Source: Minisyncoccota bacterium (lineage in GTDB: Bacteria > Patescibacteriota > Minisyncoccia > Minisyncoccales > CG1-02-41-26). Taken from it: 64,000 nt of DNA. A model generated the notes under the pieces. It was not told the origin of the DNA. It did not search any database and saw only the letters and a program-made list of their open reading frames with translations. The stretch is taken from NCBI GenBank assembly GCA_028718785.1, contig JAQULB010000002.1, positions 84,750 to 148,749 of the forward strand, in the 5' to 3' direction. This document shows, one piece after another, positions 1 to 7,380 of this stretch (positions are counted from its first letter, which is position 1; each line of letters starts with the position of its first letter). The translations under genes were made by a program, and so were the position numbers.

Positions 1-44
1 GGGTGGGGGATAATAACAATACAGAGTATAAATTAAAAAGTAAG

Positions 45-138
45 TAGGACACGACCTGCCTTCGCATAAAGCTTCGGCAAGGCAGGTAGGACATAGCTTC
101 GCCGTCGCTAAAGCTATGGCGGACAAGATAGGACATAG
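45..138 (+). promoter_or_regulatory. phased TAGGACA repeats and two GC-rich hairpins upstream of / overlapping the sigma gene start
   Basis: TAGGACA at 45-51, 87-93 and 129-135, exactly 42 nt apart; the last two are TAGGACATAG. Hairpins acctgcctt/aaggcaggt (54-62/79-87) and catagctt/aagctatg (92-99/111-118). Confidence 0.5.
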
Positions 139-655
139 TTTTACTATAAATATGGCAAGTCCAGAAAACAAAAAGTTTGCTAAAATTTACGATAAACATA
201 TAGATAAAATCTATAGGTTTATATTTTTAAAGACAGGAGTAAAAGAGGTGGCCGAAGACATCACTAGCCAAGTTTTTACTAAGGGCTGGAGAAAATTTAA
301 GCTACAGGGCTGTGAGGTTAAAAATATGTCCGCTTATCTTTTTCAAATTGCCCGAGCTGAGGTGGCCAATCACTATAGAGAAAAAAACAAGTTTCAAATT
401 ATATCCGCACAAGCAGTGGAAATAATTGATGACCAGCCAAACCCAGAAACAACCCAAGAAATAGTGGTCAATACTCAAGACGCCCAAAGTGCCTTAAGGG
501 AATTGGAAGATGGCCTGCAAGATATTTTAATTTGGCATTATGTGGAGGGAATGAGCTTTAAAGAGATTGGCGGTTTATTAAGCCGGCCAGAGGGCACGGT
601 GCGAGTAATGGCGCACAGGGCTTTGAAAGAATTACGTGAAAAAATGGAAGAATAA
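116..655 (+). CDS. ECF-type sigma-70 family RNA polymerase sigma factor
   Basis: 179-aa ORF. Region-2-like IYRFIFLKTGVKEVAEDITSQVFTKGWRKF and region-4 HTH ILIWHYVEGMSFKEIGGLLSRPEGTVRVMAHRALKELREKM. Alternative start is the ATG at 152 (MASPENKK). Confidence 0.85.
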   Translation: MADKIGHSFTINMASPENKKFAKIYDKHIDKIYRFIFLKTGVKEVAEDITSQVFTKGWRKFKLQGCEVKNMSAYLFQIARAEVANHYREKNKFQIISAQAVEIIDDQPNPETTQEIVVNTQDAQSALRELEDGLQDILIWHYVEGMSFKEIGGLLSRPEGTVRVMAHRALKELREKMEE

Positions 656-808
656 AAATGTATCAATCTGCGCCGACTCGCCTTGCTGGAGCCTTCGGCG
701 TAGCGCAGGTCGGCCAACTTTGATACGCTTTTTTGAGAGACGAAGGTTGGCCTTGTCTATTTTTGTAACGAATTGGTGATTTTTGCGTCATAATAATAAT
801 CAGGATAT

Positions 809-1525
809 ATGCAGGAAAAGCAAATCATCTCACAATTAAAAGGGCTAAAAACTATAAAACCAGCCAAGGACTGGGCTGTTTTAGTTAAAAAAGACCTGCT
901 TTTTGAGCCACTTGAATTACAAAACATTAAAGAAAAAAATAGTTTTGGAGAATCAGTATTTTCATTTTTTGCCAAACCAGCTTTTGTGGTTAGTTCTATC
1001 GTGGTGGTTGGTTTGATGATTATGGGTTCTTTGGCTTATTTTGGCTTGCAAAAACAAAATTACGATTTACAGGCCTATGTGGATAGCTTTGCTCCTCAAA
1101 CAGAAGAAAACAAACAAGCGATTGCTGGCTTGCAAGATATCCAAAACAAAATGGACGAAGTTAAAGCGGCTTTGGTGGCTTTAAAATCATCTAACAACCC
1201 AAAAGAAATTTTATCAGTGGCTGGAGTTGTAAAAAATGTGGCCAAAAATAGCCAAACAGCCATAGAACAAATTAAAAATTCCAATACTAACTTATCAAAG
1301 CAAGGACAGGCCTTGGCTAGTTTGGTAAAAGAAAGTTCTCAAGAAATAGTGAACACAACAGCCGACTTGCAAGTTGAAATGTTTAAAGCGCGATTAGCGG
1401 AGCTAAAAACAAAAACATTAACGCCAGAAGATCAGGAAAGATTAATTGCGGCGGAAAAATATTTCAATGAAGGCAATATTGACAGCGCCATTACTTTAAT
1501 TGTTAGAATTGGGGAAACAAACTAA
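809..1525 (+). CDS. single-pass membrane coiled-coil protein, putative anti-sigma partner (DUF5667-like by recollection)
   Basis: 238 aa. One TM helix (PAFVVSSIVVVGLMIMGSLAYFGL) follows a short cytoplasmic N-terminus; the C-terminal part is long and helical. Lies directly downstream of the sigma gene. No zf-HC2 motif, so the anti-sigma role is inferred from position only. Confidence 0.45.
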   Translation: MQEKQIISQLKGLKTIKPAKDWAVLVKKDLLFEPLELQNIKEKNSFGESVFSFFAKPAFVVSSIVVVGLMIMGSLAYFGLQKQNYDLQAYVDSFAPQTEENKQAIAGLQDIQNKMDEVKAALVALKSSNNPKEILSVAGVVKNVAKNSQTAIEQIKNSNTNLSKQGQALASLVKESSQEIVNTTADLQVEMFKARLAELKTKTLTPEDQERLIAAEKYFNEGNIDSAITLIVRIGETN

Positions 1526-1535
1526 TAGAACTGTT

Positions 1536-1648
1536 CTAATTATTCTAATTGCTCTAATTATTCTAAATAAGCACCAAGCTCCAATTGGGAATTGGTTATT
1601 GGGATTTATTTAGGTTAATTAATATAATTAGGTCAATTAGGTTAATTT
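1536..1648 (+). repeat. ~110-bp intergenic repeat, copy 1 (forward)
   Basis: ctaattattctaaataa...aattgggaattggttattgggatttatttaggttaattaatataattaggtcaattaggttaattt. The reverse complement of 9090-9204 aligns along nearly its whole length. Confidence 0.85.
1599..1628 (+). promoter_or_regulatory. promoter-like element inside repeat copy 1
   Basis: TTGGGA (1599-1604), 18-nt spacer, TATAAT (1623-1628), pointing at the giant surface-protein gene. Confidence 0.45.
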
Positions 1649-1768
1649 TAAAGTTTAGGGCAGTCAATAGTAATAATTGATAATTATTGTTGTTGTTTGC
1701 CCTGAAATGTCGTTTGGGGCAATTTATTTAGTAATCCAAGCCAGGCATTAGTTTAAGGAAATTTTTCT

Positions 1769-1786
1769 TCGCTAAAGCTATGGCGG
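1769..1786 (+). promoter_or_regulatory. 18-nt motif shared with the sigma-factor gene start region
   Basis: tcgctaaagctatggcgg occurs at 105-122 and 1769-1786, and both copies include an ATG. At 1780 it opens a 9-codon uORF (MAGNKGRKK) 23 nt before the surface-protein ATG. Confidence 0.5.
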
Positions 1787-1831
1787 GTAATAAAGGTCGA
1801 AAAAAATAAAATAGATTATAAAATTAAAAAA

Positions 1832-4800
1832 ATGAGTAAATTAGCAAAGAAATTCGCAACAATTGCAACAATCATCACGGTTGTGGCAATGGTTGTGGGT
1901 CCTGTTGCTCCAGCTCAAGCGCAAACCACAGCTGAGCTTCAGGCCCAAGTAGCCGCTTTGCAAGCTCAATTAACTGCTCTACTTGCCCAGCTTAACGCAA
2001 CAACTGGTGGCACCACCGGCACAACCGGAACATTGCCATCTGGCTGTTCTTTTGACAGAAATTTAAAGCAAGGCATGTCTGGAGCGGATGTAAAATGCTT
2101 GCAACAGGTTTTAAACTCTGACGCTGACACGCGAGTGGCAGTTTCTGGAGTGGGATCTGCTGGTAATGAAACAACGTATTTTGGCTCCTTAACCACAGCC
2201 GCTGTTAACAAATACCAAGTAAAACAAGGTATCGTGGCAGTGGGAACGGGTTTTGTGGGTCCTCTTACCAGAGCTAAATTGAACGCAGGTACTACAGGAG
2301 GCGCCACAGGCACAACATTGCCTGCAGGATGCACCACAAATTCGGGCTATAGCCCAACAACAGGCCAGCCATGTGGAAGCGGAACAGCTGTGGTTATTCC
2401 AACCACTGGCGTTGTTACTGCTTCTTTAGCCAGCGACAATTCAGCTTCGGCTTCTATTGTTACTGATTCAACAGCAGGCGACGGCGCGCAGTCGTTAATT
2501 CCAATGCTTAAAGTTAATTTAAGCAATGGAACAGCTAGCCCAATAACTGTAACCTCAATGAAGTTCACTCGAAGCGGTATTTCCGATGACAGTGATATTT
2601 CACAGGCCTACCTTTACGATGGGGATACCATGTTAGCTGACTATAGTTCTTTCTCGTTGACTGTTTTAACCTTTAATTCAGCTTCGTTGATAACAATTCC
2701 AGCTAATACTGTTAAAACAATTACCTTGAAAGTTGACTTGGCTGATACAACAGACGCAGGTGGAAAAACTATCAGGTTTGGCATAAACGCCGCTTCTGAT
2801 ATTGTTTCTAATGCTTCTTCAATTGGGGGAGTATTTCCACTTACTGGCAACTATATGACAACTGCTCAAACAAGCAGTTTGGGAAAGTTGACTGTGGCTG
2901 TTCAAGCAACAAATCCAGCCGCTCCTGATCCAGGCGCTGGCGTTGAAGTGATGAAATTCACTTTAGCTGCTGCTGATCAAAATATTCAGGTTAAAAAATT
3001 AGTGTTCACTGATGTTGGAACTGTGGCTTACACTGACTTAACCAACTTCACTTTGTTTGATGCCGCTACCCCGATTGGTTCGGTTGTGGCTTCAGCCAAT
3101 TCTGATAAAACAGTTGTAATGGATTTGTCAGCAAGTCCTATCTTGATTGAAAAAGGCAACACCAAGAATATGACCTTGAAGGCCGATATTGTCGGGGGCA
3201 CAAGCCGAGATTACACATTCAAGTTCCAGAATATGTATGACATTGTGGCCTATGACACTCAATACGGCATTTATGTTAAGCCAAATCAGTCAGATACTTG
3301 GACAATTTTAAGCGGCGCGAAAGGAACCATTAATAATGGTACCGTAACCGCCACTAGAGCAACCGATTCTCCAAGTGGCAATATTTCGGCCTCTTCAACC
3401 AATCAGGTTTTGGCTAAGTTTGTCTTAAAAGCCAGTGGCGAAGATGTCAAAATTTCTGATTTAACTTTAAAGATTTATGGTTCTATTGGCGTTGTCGGTA
3501 TGTATCAAACCAGTGTTTATTATAATGGCGCCCAAGTGGGGCAAACAACCACTACAATGGATACTCAGGCAACCGCAGGAGCTACTGAGGGTGTAATTTT
3601 TAGCTTTGGCAATACCTTAATTCTTCCAGCTGGAAGTGAGAAGGTTTTGGAAATTAGGTCTGATGTTAAAAACGCTTCAGGAGGTTCAATTGCGGCTGGT
3701 TCAACTTTAACCGCCCAGGTTTCTTCCTTTACGGCAACTGGAAAAACATCAGGAGCAAGCGTTACAATCGGCTCGGTGACTGGTTATCAATTAACCGTGT
3801 CAGCAGGCACGCTTGTTGTAACGGAAAATCAAGCTGTTCCTGATTGGTCTTCTTCAACTCCAACAGGAGTGGCAGGAGCCACCAATGCTTTGATTGGTTC
3901 GTTTATTCTTACAGCTGGTTCTGGAGAAGGAGCTAGTGTAACCGCGCTTACAGCGCAGATTATTGGCACAGCTAACACAGAATACCAAAATGTTCGAATC
4001 TACAAAGGAACATTAGCAAGCGGTGTCCAACTTGGCGCTGCTTTGAATAATGGGGGAACTCCAACTGTGGCAACTGACTATACCGTATATCCAAGCCCAT
4101 ATCTTAGTTTGAACGCTGGAGAGCAAGTTGTGTTAAATGTTTATGCTGATATTTTAACCGGCGCTTCCACAGCCACAATTAAGAATGTTAAAATGGGCGT
4201 TGTTTATGGAACAGGCAAAGTAACCAACACCTCAGTTAACAGTTCTGGAACAGTAACCGGCCAAAACTTAGTTGTTTCTTCTGGCGGTTATGTGGGCGTG
4301 TTTGCTGATACAAACACCCCATCGGCTGGATTAGTGGTGATGGGAACAACTGGCGTTGAGTTTGCTAAATTTAAATTATCAGCAAGCTCTTCACCAGAAG
4401 CAATGACAATTTCTGGCCTTGTGGCAACAACCACTCTTAATGCAGGAACTGCTTTGGCCCCAACAAGTTCTGTAAGTAGCATTACATTGACTTCAGCTCT
4501 TAATCCTTCTTGGAGTGTAATACTACCAAGTTTGAGTTCTGCTGGTGTTGCTGACTTCACTGGTTTGATGACAGCAAATCCATTAGTTATCCCAGCGGGC
4601 GAAGAAGATGTTATCACCTTGAAAGCCAATATAGGTGTTTATGGAGCTGCTGATTCTAATTCATATATTGTTTTTGGATTGGCAACTACAACCTATAGAG
4701 GAGAATCAGGCAGTCCAACTACCATAGCTCCAGCTTACAGGGTGGCGGGCACCGCTCAATATATCTACAAGAGCAAGCCAACCGTTACTTTAATTGCTCA

Positions 4801-5365
4801 GCCAACTGCTGGATCTACATTCTCTGATGGCACGCAAACCTTGATTAAATTCAGGGTGGCCGCTGATTCCAAGGGCGCTATTGACCTTAACAGGGTTAAT
4901 ATTAAGGTGGCAATTAATGATATTGCCACTTCAACAAGCAACTTGTATCTTTCGGGAATTAGTTTGTATCAAATTGGCAATAGCACTGTTTTAAATAGCG
5001 CTGTGAGCATCAACGCAACAAGCTCAACAAGCTATATTGATTACTCAGCAAGTTCAACTGTGTCCGCTTCTAAGTTTGGAGGCGCTTTAACTGGCGATCC
5101 TTTATCAAAGACAGGTAACATTTTGTTGTCAAATACAGATGGAACTGCTTTGAAACAAATTGGAGCTGGCAACTACGTTGACTTTGAAGTAAAAGCAACT
5201 GTTACGGGTTCGGCTCAATACGATACAATGACCTTTAGCTTGGACAACCTTGGCTCGTCTTCAACAGACACTAATGCCATTAAGTGGGGTGATACCATTA
5301 CCAATGTTATTCCTGCCACCTATGTGACCGGTTTGCCAACTGACACTTGGTCATATACTAGATAG
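1832..5365 (+). CDS. giant secreted cell-surface protein (candidate S-layer/surface-array protein) with N-terminal coiled-coil + peptidoglycan-binding anchor
   Basis: 1177 aa. Signal peptide MSKLAKKFATIATIITVVAMVVGPVAPAQA; coiled coil AELQAQVAALQAQLTALLAQL; PG_binding_1-like LKQGMSGADVKCLQQVLN...YFGSLTTAAVNKYQVKQG...GPLTRAKLN. Then ~1000 aa rich in T/S/A/V with about six diverged ~150-aa beta-type modules. Confidence 0.8.
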   Translation: MSKLAKKFATIATIITVVAMVVGPVAPAQAQTTAELQAQVAALQAQLTALLAQLNATTGGTTGTTGTLPSGCSFDRNLKQGMSGADVKCLQQVLNSDADTRVAVSGVGSAGNETTYFGSLTTAAVNKYQVKQGIVAVGTGFVGPLTRAKLNAGTTGGATGTTLPAGCTTNSGYSPTTGQPCGSGTAVVIPTTGVVTASLASDNSASASIVTDSTAGDGAQSLIPMLKVNLSNGTASPITVTSMKFTRSGISDDSDISQAYLYDGDTMLADYSSFSLTVLTFNSASLITIPANTVKTITLKVDLADTTDAGGKTIRFGINAASDIVSNASSIGGVFPLTGNYMTTAQTSSLGKLTVAVQATNPAAPDPGAGVEVMKFTLAAADQNIQVKKLVFTDVGTVAYTDLTNFTLFDAATPIGSVVASANSDKTVVMDLSASPILIEKGNTKNMTLKADIVGGTSRDYTFKFQNMYDIVAYDTQYGIYVKPNQSDTWTILSGAKGTINNGTVTATRATDSPSGNISASSTNQVLAKFVLKASGEDVKISDLTLKIYGSIGVVGMYQTSVYYNGAQVGQTTTTMDTQATAGATEGVIFSFGNTLILPAGSEKVLEIRSDVKNASGGSIAAGSTLTAQVSSFTATGKTSGASVTIGSVTGYQLTVSAGTLVVTENQAVPDWSSSTPTGVAGATNALIGSFILTAGSGEGASVTALTAQIIGTANTEYQNVRIYKGTLASGVQLGAALNNGGTPTVATDYTVYPSPYLSLNAGEQVVLNVYADILTGASTATIKNVKMGVVYGTGKVTNTSVNSSGTVTGQNLVVSSGGYVGVFADTNTPSAGLVVMGTTGVEFAKFKLSASSSPEAMTISGLVATTTLNAGTALAPTSSVSSITLTSALNPSWSVILPSLSSAGVADFTGLMTANPLVIPAGEEDVITLKANIGVYGAADSNSYIVFGLATTTYRGESGSPTTIAPAYRVAGTAQYIYKSKPTVTLIAQPTAGSTFSDGTQTLIKFRVAADSKGAIDLNRVNIKVAINDIATSTSNLYLSGISLYQIGNSTVLNSAVSINATSSTSYIDYSASSTVSASKFGGALTGDPLSKTGNILLSNTDGTALKQIGAGNYVDFEVKATVTGSAQYDTMTFSLDNLGSSSTDTNAIKWGDTITNVIPATYVTGLPTDTWSYTR

Positions 5366-5414
5366 AAAAGGAATAGCTAATAGTAAGTAGCAGACAGTTA
5401 GATAGAACGAACAA

Positions 5415-5450
5415 ACCCCTTCCGTCTTTGGCGGGGGGGGTTTTGGTTTT
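5415..5450 (+). terminator. possible intrinsic terminator
   Basis: cccc...gggggggg followed by ttttggtttt, just after the stop of the giant gene. The stem is short. Confidence 0.45.
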
Positions 5451-5509
5451 GGCCTGCCGTTCGGCTGAGCTCACGATGAAGCCCTGAGCGAGCGAAGCGA
5501 GTCGAAGGG

Positions 5510-5547
5510 TTATCCACAGGGGTTGACAAGAAATTATGTTGTATAAT
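5510..5547 (+). promoter_or_regulatory. DnaA-box 9-mer + TTGACA + TATAAT (non-canonical spacing)
   Basis: TTATCCACA (5510-5518), gggg, TTGACA (5523-5528), only a 13-nt spacer, TATAAT (5542-5547). Promoter function is uncertain because of the short spacer. Confidence 0.35.
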
Positions 5548-5601
5548 AAATAAATCTTAAAAATTATAAAAAGGTCGGAAAATTATTGTTTTTGATTTTC
5601 A

Positions 5602-5674
5602 CCCCCACACCAATCTTTTTTAAGTTTAAGTTGTATCAAGTAAGTAAAAGATCTTGATCGGATTGGCGTGGGGG
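5602..5674 (+). promoter_or_regulatory. long stem-loop in the leader of the small repeat-protein gene
   Basis: cccccacaccaatc (5602-5615) pairs with gattggcgtggggg (5661-5674) at 13 of 14 positions. Inner stem atcaag/cttgat. Ends 25 nt before the ATG at 5700. No T-run, so not a terminator. Confidence 0.55.
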
Positions 5675-5699
5675 TTAATAAAAAATTTTAAATTAAATT

Positions 5700-6254
5700 A
5701 TGCAAAATAAAAAACAAACTATTGCTTTAATTGTAAGCGTGGTTTTAGCGGTTGGTTTGATTGTTGTTGGGGTTAACGCTGTTACCACAGTTGGAAACAA
5801 TGTTTCGGTTGGAGGCACTTTGGCTGTTGGTGGCACAGTAGCTTCTGTTGGGAATCTCAGCGTTGGCTCAAAAGCCACCACAACCGCAGCTTCTGGTAAT
5901 TTTGCCACATTGGGAACCATAACAAGCACAGGCGATTTATATGTTGGCGCCAAAGCCACTACCACAGCCGCAAGCGGAAATTTTGCCACTCTTGGGAGTA
6001 TAACTGGCAATGGAGATTTGTATGTAGGTGCTAAAGCCACCACTACCGCTGCTTCTGGAAATATTGCCACCCAAGGAACAATTACCTCAGCAAGAGCCAC
6101 TGATATTGGCTGGGCCGTGGCGTCATCAACAAATGCGGCTTGCAATACCACTTGCACAAGCGCTTGTGTTTTTGGTTGGGATGAAACTGATGCTGTTATC
6201 ACGAATTGCACTGAAGCTACAGCCGATGTTTGTGTGTGCGCTGGATCTAATTAA
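5700..6254 (+). CDS. small secreted repeat protein with Cys-rich C-terminal domain
   Basis: 184 aa. Signal/TM MQNKKQTIALIVSVVLAVGLIVVGVNA; three 27-aa repeats VGAKATTTAASGNFATLG.IT..GDLY; C-terminus has 7 Cys (ACNTTCTSACVFGWDETDAVITNCTEATADVCVCAG). Confidence 0.7.
   Translation: MQNKKQTIALIVSVVLAVGLIVVGVNAVTTVGNNVSVGGTLAVGGTVASVGNLSVGSKATTTAASGNFATLGTITSTGDLYVGAKATTTAASGNFATLGSITGNGDLYVGAKATTTAASGNIATQGTITSARATDIGWAVASSTNAACNTTCTSACVFGWDETDAVITNCTEATADVCVCAGSN
5862..6092 (+). repeat. three tandem 81-nt (27-codon) coding repeats
   Basis: Units at 5862-5942, 5943-6023 and 6024-~6092. The amino-acid sequence is nearly identical between units while many synonymous positions differ (e.g. gcagcttctggt vs gccgcaagcgga). 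Confidence 0.85.
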
Positions 6255-6268
6255 CGATTATTATTTAT

Positions 6269-7204
6269 ATGGCAAAACTTTTAGTTAAGAAAATTGTAGT
6301 TTTGCTCTTGTTTGTTGTTTTGGGTTTTTCAGCAAGCTCTGCATTGGCTGTTTACAATGATGTGCAGTACACTGCTGGAGATAATGTAATTATTTACTTA
6401 AGTGGCGAAGCGCTTAACTTAACAGTAATAAGCGGGAATGTTGCTTCAACAACTGTTAACGCTAGCAATGTTGTGTTTAGAATGGTTCCCAGCTCCACAA
6501 TCTCGCTTACTTCAAGCAACAGAAAAATAATGTCCAATTCTTTGGGCATTAATACAGTTTGCACCAATTCTGAATCGCAGATTTATTTGCAAGCAACGAG
6601 CACCACATTAGCTGATATTACAGTAACTATTGGAGGAGATTGTCCAGCGGTTAATACGGGAGGAGAAACGCAATCACCTGTTGTGACTATTACAACGCCA
6701 GTCACCTCAACAACTTCATCGCAGGAAGCTACAACAACCACAACAACCGAAACAGTCACCCCAACAACCACAGCGCAAGCAACCACAACTATAACAGTTC
6801 CAGCTGTTACCTCTTCGACAAGTTCAGGGCAAGCAAAGCCGATTTCAGAAATGACTGTTTCTGAATTGCAGGCAGAAATTACCAGAATTACCGCTTTGAT
6901 TAGTCAATTAACCGCCAGTATTGGAGGAGGAACAACAGAAACAGCCAGCAAAATTACCAAGGTTTTAAAAATGGGGATGAAAGACACTGAAGTTACATTA
7001 TTACAAACATGGTTGGCAAAAGATGCGACCGTTTATCCTGAGGCAAAAATAACTGGTTATTTTGGACCCTTAACCTTTGGAGCGGTTGTTAAATTTCAAG
7101 AAAAATACGCCAGCGACATCCTAACTCCATTGGGATTGTCAAGCGGGACGGGTTTGGTGGGAGCTTCAACAAGAGCAAAGCTAAATAGCTTATTTGCCCC
7201 GTAG
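6269..7204 (+). CDS. secreted Thr-rich protein with C-terminal coiled-coil + peptidoglycan-binding domain
   Basis: 311 aa. Signal peptide ...GFSASSALA; Thr/Ser linker TTPVTSTTSSQEATTTTTTETVTPTTTAQATTT; coiled coil VSELQAEITRITALISQL; PG_binding_1-like LKMGMKDTEVTLLQTWLAKD...GYFGPLTFGAVVKFQEKY...STRAKLN. Confidence 0.75.
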   Translation: MAKLLVKKIVVLLLFVVLGFSASSALAVYNDVQYTAGDNVIIYLSGEALNLTVISGNVASTTVNASNVVFRMVPSSTISLTSSNRKIMSNSLGINTVCTNSESQIYLQATSTTLADITVTIGGDCPAVNTGGETQSPVVTITTPVTSTTSSQEATTTTTTETVTPTTTAQATTTITVPAVTSSTSSGQAKPISEMTVSELQAEITRITALISQLTASIGGGTTETASKITKVLKMGMKDTEVTLLQTWLAKDATVYPEAKITGYFGPLTFGAVVKFQEKYASDILTPLGLSSGTGLVGASTRAKLNSLFAP

Positions 7205-7250
7205 TGAGCTATGCTCTATTACTGGGGTTTGGAAATTAAGTTAGTTAAAA

Positions 7251-7295
7251 CAAAAACGCTTTTGTAATTTTATTTGCTAAGCGTTTTTGTTTTTG
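7251..7295 (+). terminator. intrinsic terminator
   Basis: Perfect 11-bp stem caaaaacgctt / aagcgtttttg followed by tttttg. Confidence 0.8.
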
Positions 7296-7380
7296 CTAAA
7301 ATAATAATATTAAATCTCGAATTGCAAATTTTCTAAACCATGGATTTAAATAAAGGTAAAAGGAATATTTGATATTTAAT

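Noticed and set aside
1966-4629. Several 60-123-aa minus-strand ORFs (1966-2337, 1992-2174, 2347-2568, 2641-2850, 4288-4629)
   Set aside because: All lie antisense within the 1177-aa surface-protein gene, whose GC-richer, stop-poor composition generates long shadow ORFs. None has an independent start context or recognisable motifs.
5693-6211. 172-aa ORF on the minus strand
   Set aside because: It is an exact antisense shadow of the 5700-6254 repeat-protein gene. The sense frame has a signal peptide, a repeat structure and a Cys-rich domain, whereas the antisense product is featureless A/V/P-rich sequence. A stop-poor antisense frame is plausible for this Ala/Thr/Gly-rich coding sequence.
6028-6288. 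86-aa + strand ORF overlapping the end of the repeat-protein gene
   Set aside because: It is an alternative frame of the same strand within a supported CDS. It has no start context and no motifs.
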